32,000 nucleotides of DNA from Candidatus Saganbacteria bacterium. Its GTDB lineage: Bacteria > Margulisbacteria > WOR-1 > JAKLHX01. How positions within the stretch are numbered: the stretch's first letter is position 1; each line of letters opens with the position of its first letter. The translations under genes and the position numbers were made by a program. Shown here in pieces: positions 26,545-32,000 of this stretch. Location: NCBI GenBank assembly GCA_026387835.1, contig JAPLKZ010000005.1, positions 211,048 to 243,047 on the forward strand. Reading direction: 5' to 3'. A model generated the notes under the pieces. The model did no database searches. It worked only from the letters and a program-made list of their open reading frames with translations, and was not told where the DNA came from.

Positions 26545-26751
26545 ATGGGCTTTTTCAAATACACCGATCTCGCCTTCAGGATCGCAGGGAACATAATAGC
26601 TCCTCCTCTTGTCGGGATATTTCTGGGCGGATTTCTCGATAAAAAATTCCATACAACACCGGTGTTCATCCTGGTCCTTACAGTACTCGGTATAGCGGCG
26701 GGATTGAGGAGCCTGTTCAGGTTGTTTGATGAAGTGAAGGAAGAGAAGTAA
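26545..26751 (+). CDS. atpZ: AtpZ/AtpI-type small membrane protein of the ATP synthase operon
   Basis: 68 aa, two TM helices. G..LG..LD......TP.F......LG...G pattern typical of the ATPase_gene1 family. Positioned upstream of atpB. Confidence 0.7.
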   Translation: MGFFKYTDLAFRIAGNIIAPPLVGIFLGGFLDKKFHTTPVFILVLTVLGIAAGLRSLFRLFDEVKEEK

Positions 26752-26761
26752 AAGGCAAACA

Positions 26762-26789
26762 GCAGTTAGCAGTACGCAGTACGGTAGGC
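26762..26789. repeat. GCAGTNN heptamer array, upstream flank of the TA cassette
   Basis: GCAGTTA GCAGTAC GCAGTAC (26762-26782), then the degenerate unit GGTAGGC. Confidence 0.7.
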
Positions 26790-26790
26790 A

Positions 26791-26825
26791 TTGACAAAAA
26801 TATCCGATGTACGTTATTATGTACG
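26791..26825 (+). promoter_or_regulatory. TA-cassette promoter with operator-like direct repeats
   Basis: TTGACA (26791-26796), 18-nt spacer, TATTAT (26815-26820). ATGTACG occurs twice (26807-26813 and 26819-26825), 12 nt apart, straddling the -10. AGGAGGG SD precedes ATG 26844. Confidence 0.5.
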
Positions 26826-26843
26826 AACAAAGGAGGGCCATAT

Positions 26844-27188
26844 ATGAGAGCAAAAACGACACTGTCCATTTCAGAGGCCAGAAAGAATATATTTGATATA
26901 GCGGAGCAAGTGCAAAAACCCAGCACTTATTATACTTTGACTGAAAACGGACGTCCGAAGGCAGTGGTGATGTCGGCGGAGGAGTTTGAGTCATGGACTG
27001 AAACGCTGGACGTTATCGCGGAATTCCCCGGACTGAAGAACAGCATAAAGGAAGCTGAAAAAGAATATAAAAGCGGCGATTATATAACTTTGGAAGACCT
27101 GCTGGAGAAGGAAGGCTATATTGTGAGAGGAAAAAAGCATGAAGTATTGCCTCGTAATACCAAAAAAAGTCCAAAAAGAAATAGGTAG
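26844..27188 (+). CDS. type II antitoxin, Phd/YefM family
   Basis: 114 aa. N-terminal TLSISEARKNIFDIAEQV ... GRPKAVVMSAEEFESWTETLDV is a typical Phd/YefM fold sequence. The basic C-terminal tail overlaps the toxin gene by 50 nt. Confidence 0.85.
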   Translation: MRAKTTLSISEARKNIFDIAEQVQKPSTYYTLTENGRPKAVVMSAEEFESWTETLDVIAEFPGLKNSIKEAEKEYKSGDYITLEDLLEKEGYIVRGKKHEVLPRNTKKSPKRNR

Positions 27189-27390
27189 GATCGACAAAAA
27201 ATACAAGGGCAAGATCCTTCTGGCATTAAAGATACTGGAAGAAGAACCTTATACAGGCAAAAAGCTTGAAGGCGAATATAAAGGCAAATGGTCATATCGC
27301 GTATGGCCTTACAGGATAATATATGAAATCCATAAAAATGAGCTTATCATTCTTATTATTCATATCGGCCACAGACAGAGCGCTTATTAG
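27139..27390 (+). CDS. type II toxin, RelE/ParE superfamily
   Basis: 83 aa. MKYCLVIPKKVQKEIGRIDKK ... YRVWPYRIIYEIHKNELIILIIHIGHRQSAY matches the RelE/ParE pattern (Y/R-R-I-I-Y ... IGHR..Y). Confidence 0.85.
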   Translation: MKYCLVIPKKVQKEIGRIDKKYKGKILLALKILEEEPYTGKKLEGEYKGKWSYRVWPYRIIYEIHKNELIILIIHIGHRQSAY

Positions 27391-27395
27391 AAAAC

Positions 27396-27444
27396 GCAGT
27401 CGGCAGTCCGCAGTACGAACTGCGAGCTGCGTACGACGGACTGC
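27396..27444. repeat. GCAGTNN heptamer array with dyad symmetry, downstream flank of the TA cassette
   Basis: GCAGTCG GCAGTCC GCAGTAC, then the inverted units GAACTGC GAGCTGC GTACGAC GGACTGC. Folds as 27403-27410 / 27437-27444 (8 bp) plus 27413-27417 / 27430-27434 (5 bp). No T run follows. Confidence 0.7.
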
Positions 27445-27466
27445 GGTCCTCGATATATAAATATCT

Positions 27467-27495
27467 TTGAAACAGAATATTTTTAATGATACAAT
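27467..27495 (+). promoter_or_regulatory. promoter candidate for atpB-atpG
   Basis: TTGAAA (27467-27472), 17-nt spacer, TGATACAAT (TGn + TACAAT at 27490-27495). The atpB GTG lies only 8 nt after the -10 and has no SD. Confidence 0.35.
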
Positions 27496-27503
27496 AATAT
27501 ATC

Positions 27504-28235
27504 GTGATACTTCAGATTGGCCAACATCCGACTTTCGAGATCAATAACATCTATTTCAACCTTGATACTATTGTTTCGCTTTTGATCGTCTCGTCGTTTA
27601 TAGTCCTGGCAGCGCTGGTCCTGCGCTTCACGGTATTGAGGAAGAGCGGAAGACCGGTCTCGCTTCTACAAATGGCGGTCGAAGCGATATATAACTTCAC
27701 AGAAAACATCTCTACGGGAATAATGGGGAATGCCGGACTCGTATATGTGAGCATTGTTTCCACCCTGTTCATTTTGATATTTTTCTCGAATATTTTCGGA
27801 CTGATCCCTGTCAACGCGGTCTACTCGCTGTTCTTTGAGAAACTGCTTGGACGGATCCCGGAGCTTTCGGCGCCAACATGTGATATCAACACCACCGCGG
27901 GACTGGCGGTCACCGTATTTCTGCTGATCCATTTTTTGGGCCTGAAAAACAAGGGATTAAGATATATGAAAAAGTTCTTCCAGCCGAATTTCTTCTTTTT
28001 CCCTATAAATGTCCTCGAAGAACTTGCCAAGCCGTTCTCGCTGGCGATAAGGCTTTTCGGCAACACATTCGGGAAGGAGACGATAATACTGGTCCTTGTG
28101 TCCATCACCGTTTTTCCGCTGTTATATCCTTTACCTGTGATGTTCCTGGACCTTTTCATCGGTACGATACAGGCGTTCATATTTTCGCTGCTCACTGCTT
28201 TTTATATTGCGGAAGCGGTATCTGAAGAACATTAG
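27504..28235 (+). CDS. atpB: F-type ATP synthase subunit a
   Basis: 243 aa polytopic. Conserved LAIRLFGN(T/M)F(G) arginine motif and C-terminal helices. Its position is before atpE. GTG start. Confidence 0.9.
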   Translation: MILQIGQHPTFEINNIYFNLDTIVSLLIVSSFIVLAALVLRFTVLRKSGRPVSLLQMAVEAIYNFTENISTGIMGNAGLVYVSIVSTLFILIFFSNIFGLIPVNAVYSLFFEKLLGRIPELSAPTCDINTTAGLAVTVFLLIHFLGLKNKGLRYMKKFFQPNFFFFPINVLEELAKPFSLAIRLFGNTFGKETIILVLVSITVFPLLYPLPVMFLDLFIGTIQAFIFSLLTAFYIAEAVSEEH

Positions 28236-28254
28236 AAAGAAAGGGGGATAAAAA

Positions 28255-28509
28255 ATGGAAGGTCAAGCTCTGGTCCAGGCGGTCTCGGTCTTTTGCGCGG
28301 CGTTCAGCGTGGCCCTTGCGGCGATAGGTTCGGCTCTCGGACAGGGGAAGGCGACAGCTTCGGCGCTCGAATCGATAGCAAGGCAGCCGGAGGCAAAGGG
28401 TTCGATCACCCAGCTGCTGATAGTGGCGCTGGCGTTCATCGAATCACTCACTCTGTACGCGCTGCTGATAGCGATAGTCCTGATATTTGCAAATCCGTTC
28501 GTGAAGTAA
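28255..28509 (+). CDS. atpE: F-type ATP synthase subunit c
   Basis: 84 aa hairpin. GQG ... ARQPE loop ... ion-binding Glu in [12 protein letters not shown] ... FANPFV. SD AAGGGGG upstream. Confidence 0.95.
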   Translation: MEGQALVQAVSVFCAAFSVALAAIGSALGQGKATASALESIARQPEAKGSITQLLIVALAFIESLTLYALLIAIVLIFANPFVK

Positions 28510-28540
28510 ATATTGCGGTCCTTGGTCCGCAGGGTGAAAA

Positions 28541-29032
28541 ATGCTGGAAATTAACGGCACGATAGTCGCGGTAATAATAAATTTTGCCGTGCTTGTCTGG
28601 ATACTCAACAGTTTTCTGTACAAGCCGGTCAGGAATATCCTGCTGGAGAGAAAGAACAGGATAGAATCGGATACTGACGAAGCCCGGAAAAAGCTGAAAG
28701 ATGCGGAAGATATAAAAGCCTCTTATGAGATAAAATTAAAGCAGTCGGGCGATGAAGCAAAGAAGATAATCGATGCGGCAAATAATACGGCAGAAAGCCT
28801 GAAGACAGCCGCCCAGAAAGACGCTTCAGAAAATGCGGAAAAGTCAAGAAAAGACGCGGAGGCGGAGGCCGAGAAAATAAAGACCGAAGCCTTTGACAGC
28901 GTGAGATCGCAGATATCTTCGATGGTGGTCATGGCCGCAGGGAAAGTGATCGAAAAGAATATCGATGCGGCTTCACAAAGCGCTTTGATAGACGAATTCA
29001 TCGGAAAAATAGAAAAGGCAGGGCTTAACTGA
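28541..29032 (+). CDS. atpF: F-type ATP synthase subunit b
   Basis: 163 aa. Single N-terminal TM followed by a long charged helix (A/E/K-rich). Operon position. Confidence 0.85.
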   Translation: MLEINGTIVAVIINFAVLVWILNSFLYKPVRNILLERKNRIESDTDEARKKLKDAEDIKASYEIKLKQSGDEAKKIIDAANNTAESLKTAAQKDASENAEKSRKDAEAEAEKIKTEAFDSVRSQISSMVVMAAGKVIEKNIDAASQSALIDEFIGKIEKAGLN

Positions 29033-29565
29033 TGGGCAGTACCGGTCAAAGATATGCCAAAGCTCTTATCGAAAGTGTCCCTGCTGCCGGGGATCTGCAG
29101 CGGGCGAAAGAGGATTTTAAATCTTTCCTGGAGACGTTAGACGCGTCAAAAGAACTTAAGTTTGTTTTTATGAACCCGTCCGTCTCCAGGAAGACCGCGA
29201 AAGCGGTGCTGGAAGAAGTCCTTGAAAAAGGATCGGGGGAAATATTCAGGAAGTTCATCGGGGTCGTGATCGACAACGGCAGGCAGAAGATCATATACGA
29301 GATAAAAAATGATTTTGACCGCCTGTGCGACGAAGCGGCCGATATAATGAAGGTCACCGTAAAAAGCGCGGTGCCGTTAAGCCCGGACCAGGAAAAAAGG
29401 CTGAAAGAAAAATTGTCCCTGGCGACCGGCAAGGATGTCATAGTGGAAAATATCATCGAAGCGTCGGTCATAGGAGGATGCACAGTGACCGTCAGGGACA
29501 CGGTGGTGGACGGTTCCGTCAAAAATTATCTAAATAAGATGCAGGAGGCCTTGGCAAATGCTTAA
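29032..29565 (+). CDS. atpH: F-type ATP synthase subunit delta (OSCP)
   Basis: 177 aa. RYAKAL N-terminus and C-terminal ...IGG..V...D.V.DGSV...L pattern. Operon position. Overlaps the atpF stop by 1 nt. Confidence 0.85.
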   Translation: MGSTGQRYAKALIESVPAAGDLQRAKEDFKSFLETLDASKELKFVFMNPSVSRKTAKAVLEEVLEKGSGEIFRKFIGVVIDNGRQKIIYEIKNDFDRLCDEAADIMKVTVKSAVPLSPDQEKRLKEKLSLATGKDVIVENIIEASVIGGCTVTVRDTVVDGSVKNYLNKMQEALANA

Positions 29566-31075
29566 ACCGGATGAGATAACAGCGATAATACGCGGGCGGA
29601 TAAAAGGTTTCTCAAAGGACCTGGATGTCTTTGAAAGCGGGGTCGTTACGGCTGCGGGTGACGGGGTCGCCACGGTATACGGCCTTTCAAACGTGATGTA
29701 CAACGAGCTCATCGAATTCTCTTCGGGTGTGACTGGGATCGCTTTTTCTCTTCTCAGCGACTGCGTGGGATGCATCATCCTGGGGGACGCCGAAAAGATC
29801 AAGGAAGGCGATACGGTCAGGAGAACAAAAAAAGTCATGAGCATACCGGTGGGCGATGCTCTCATCGGAAGGGTGATAGATCCGCTCGGAAAACCTCTTG
29901 ATGAAAAAGGACCGGTCCGGACGGCCGAATACAGGCCCATAGAAAGCCCTGCTCCGTCGGTCGTGGACAGGGAGCCCGTACAGGAACCGCTCCAGACAGG
30001 GATCAAAGCCATAGATTCGATGATCCCCATCGGAAGAGGGCAGAGAGAACTGATAATCGGCGACAGGAGCATAGGCAAGACAGCTATAGCCATAGATACG
30101 ATACTCAACCAGAAGGACAAAAGCGTTATCTGTATATATGTCGCGATAGGGCAGAAAGCCTCGAACGTAGCCCGCATAGTTGACATCCTTAATGAACACG
30201 GCGCCATGCAATATACAACGGTCATGTTCGCCGGAGCCAGCGACTCGCCGGCGCTTCAATACATCGCTCCTTACGCCGGATGCGCGATAGGCGAGCATTA
30301 TCTTTACAGCGGCCGTCACGCGCTTTTGATATATGACGATCTTTCAAAGCACGCGGTCGCATACAGGCAGATCTCACTTCTGCTGCGCAGACCCCCGGGG
30401 CGTGAAGCTTATCCCGGCGATATCTTCTACCTGCATTCAAGGCTGCTTGAGAGAGCGAGCAAACTGAACAAAGAGCTCGGGTCAGGCTCCCTTACAGCGC
30501 TGCCGATAATCGAAACGCAGGAGGGCGATATTTCCGCTTATATCCCGACGAACGTTATTTCAATAACCGACGGACAAATATATCTTGAAACGGACCTTTT
30601 TAATTCGGACGTTAAACCGGCCATCAATGTCGGGCTTTCAGTCTCAAGGGTGGGCGGCTCGGCCCAGATAAGCGCCATGAAAAAAGTAGCCGGAAGGCTG
30701 CGGCTTGACCTGGCCCAGTACAGGGAACTCGCGGCGTTCTCCCAGTTCTCGGCGGATATCGACAAGAGCACCGGCCAGCAGCTTCTCCGCGGGGAAAAAC
30801 TTACCGAACTTCTGAAACAGCCGCAATACCGGCCCATGGACGCGGTGGACCAGGTTATATCTATTTTTGCCGGGACAAAAGGATATCTGGATGATATCGA
30901 GAACTCGGAGATAGCCGCGTTCGAATCCGAATTATTAAGTTTTATGAAAAGCAATCATCCCGAGGTAATGAACGAAATAAGGAATACCTTGAAAATATCG
31001 GACCAGGCGGAAAAGCAGCTTATTTCGGCGGTCGAAACTTTTAAGAACGCCTTTAAGGCGGGAGTCAAACGCTGA
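29558..31075 (+). CDS. atpA: F-type ATP synthase subunit alpha
   Basis: 505 aa. P-loop GDRSIGKT, plus [12 protein letters not shown] and [21 protein letters not shown] motifs. Confidence 0.97.
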   Translation: MLKPDEITAIIRGRIKGFSKDLDVFESGVVTAAGDGVATVYGLSNVMYNELIEFSSGVTGIAFSLLSDCVGCIILGDAEKIKEGDTVRRTKKVMSIPVGDALIGRVIDPLGKPLDEKGPVRTAEYRPIESPAPSVVDREPVQEPLQTGIKAIDSMIPIGRGQRELIIGDRSIGKTAIAIDTILNQKDKSVICIYVAIGQKASNVARIVDILNEHGAMQYTTVMFAGASDSPALQYIAPYAGCAIGEHYLYSGRHALLIYDDLSKHAVAYRQISLLLRRPPGREAYPGDIFYLHSRLLERASKLNKELGSGSLTALPIIETQEGDISAYIPTNVISITDGQIYLETDLFNSDVKPAINVGLSVSRVGGSAQISAMKKVAGRLRLDLAQYRELAAFSQFSADIDKSTGQQLLRGEKLTELLKQPQYRPMDAVDQVISIFAGTKGYLDDIENSEIAAFESELLSFMKSNHPEVMNEIRNTLKISDQAEKQLISAVETFKNAFKAGVKR

Positions 31076-31992
31076 TGCAGAACCAGAAGACGATCAAGGA
31101 AAAAAGAAGGACGATAGAAAGCATAAAAAAGGTGACAAAAGCCATGGAGATGATATCCAATATCAAGCTCCAGCGCTCCATGAAGCCGCTCGCCCAGTCG
31201 CGGACGTGTTTGCAGGAGATCCTGCGTTTCGCCTGCAAGATCGCCGGAGAGAACCCGGAAGGTGTCTTTGACGGTATCGGCCTTTTAAAAAAACGGCACG
31301 TTGTTTCGACGCTGTTCGTCGCGGTCGCGTCCGACAAAGGGCTCTGCGGATATTTTAACAACAATATACTGAACAAAATTGTGGCGGCAGCCTTAGAAGA
31401 GGTCTCCTCTGGTAAAAAAGTGTCTTTCATAACTGTCGGGAAAAAGGCCCGCGACTTCATATCGAAAAAGGGGTTTGAGGTCAGGACCGATATCTCTGCT
31501 TCACTTCCGAAGGAAGAGATCGCGGCAAAGATACAAAGTATCATTGTCGGGCTTTTTGAGAAAGGCAGCGTGGACAGCGTGCGGGTCTTTTACAGCCGGT
31601 TCACTTCCGTAAAAAGACAGGATGTATCTTCAGCGGAGGTCCTTCCGGTCTCTTTTGATGATCTTATCTGCCATGAGCCGGTGAAAGTCCATTCCGACGC
31701 CCCGTTCACTCAGTCGGGATACGAATATACAATTCCGGATTTCATCTACATCCCGGATAAGGAAGGTCTGTTCAAAGAACTCCTCCGGTATTTCATAGAA
31801 AATAAGCTGTTGAATATTTTAGCGGAATCAAATTCAGGAGAACATGCCAGCCGGATGGTGGCTATGCAGCAGGCTACCCTGAGCGCGGATGACATGATAG
31901 CGGCCCTGCTGCTCCAATATAATAAAGTCAGGCAGGAGCAGATAACGACGGAAATAATCGAAGTGGTCAGCGGCGTGAACGCGCTGAACTGA
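31075..31992 (+). CDS. atpG: F-type ATP synthase subunit gamma
   Basis: 305 aa. N-terminal IKKVTKAMEMIS and C-terminal ARQEQITTEIIEVVSG coiled-coil motifs. ATG overlaps the atpA stop. Confidence 0.93.
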   Translation: MQNQKTIKEKRRTIESIKKVTKAMEMISNIKLQRSMKPLAQSRTCLQEILRFACKIAGENPEGVFDGIGLLKKRHVVSTLFVAVASDKGLCGYFNNNILNKIVAAALEEVSSGKKVSFITVGKKARDFISKKGFEVRTDISASLPKEEIAAKIQSIIVGLFEKGSVDSVRVFYSRFTSVKRQDVSSAEVLPVSFDDLICHEPVKVHSDAPFTQSGYEYTIPDFIYIPDKEGLFKELLRYFIENKLLNILAESNSGEHASRMVAMQQATLSADDMIAALLLQYNKVRQEQITTEIIEVVSGVNALN

Positions 31993-32000
31993 AGACGAAA

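Noticed and set aside
26542-26994. 150-aa minus-strand ORF
   Set aside because: Antisense to atpZ, the TA promoter and the antitoxin 5-prime end, all of which are better supported on the plus strand.
27396-27444. CRISPR-like array
   Set aside because: The units are 7 nt with no spacers, far too short. There are no cas genes.
26762-27451. Integron gene cassette with attC sites flanking the TA pair
   Set aside because: The flanking arrays lack the conserved GTTRRRY/RYYYAAC core sites of attC. No intI gene is present in the window, and the cassette has its own promoter.
29530-30319. 231-aa and 210-aa ORFs on the minus strand
   Set aside because: Antisense shadows of atpA, which is nearly invariant and certainly the real gene.

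Overview
Dense, almost gap-free bacterial chromosomal window with about 40 protein genes. I saw no rRNA, tRNA, CRISPR array, transposase or integrase. Many stop/start overlaps suggest a compact genome, probably from an uncultivated lineage; the taxon cannot be determined from this window.

Left part:
- A minus-strand GuaB3-like IMPDH-related gene and a stand-alone YgiT-type zinc-ribbon gene.
- Two separately transcribed plus-strand surface lipoproteins: one with a vWA domain, one with three CarboxypepD_reg-like repeats and a lectin-like C-terminus.
- glyA-ftsE-ftsX followed by a membrane-anchored parvulin PPIase.
- A convergent minus-strand phosphohexomutase and class A PBP.

From 13.4 kb to the window end, everything is on the plus strand: aroQ, a short M24 peptidase, ispD, two half-size TSUP/TauE genes, an orphan trpE, rodA-like, glyQ (no glyS follows), a coupled five-gene cluster of poorly characterised enzymes (NanE-like TIM barrel, metallophosphoesterase, DUF4127-like, FAD oxidoreductase, mini ImmA-like HExxH protein), an unannotated 36-aa basic ORF, wecA/tagO, wecB/mnaA, then the F1Fo ATP synthase operon (atpZ/I, B, E, F, H, A, G).

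Most notable observations:
1. A Phd/YefM-RelE/ParE toxin-antitoxin cassette with its own promoter and operator-like repeats sits between atpZ and atpB. It is bracketed by GCAGTNN heptamer arrays.
2. The glyQ-linked cluster is the best candidate here for an undescribed pathway.
3. Two adjacent half-size TSUP genes are paralogous to each other.
4. A REP/BIME-like hairpin element lies upstream of aroQ, together with a perfect 26-bp duplication of the aroQ translation start.

All functional calls rest on motif recognition by eye; no database search was run.
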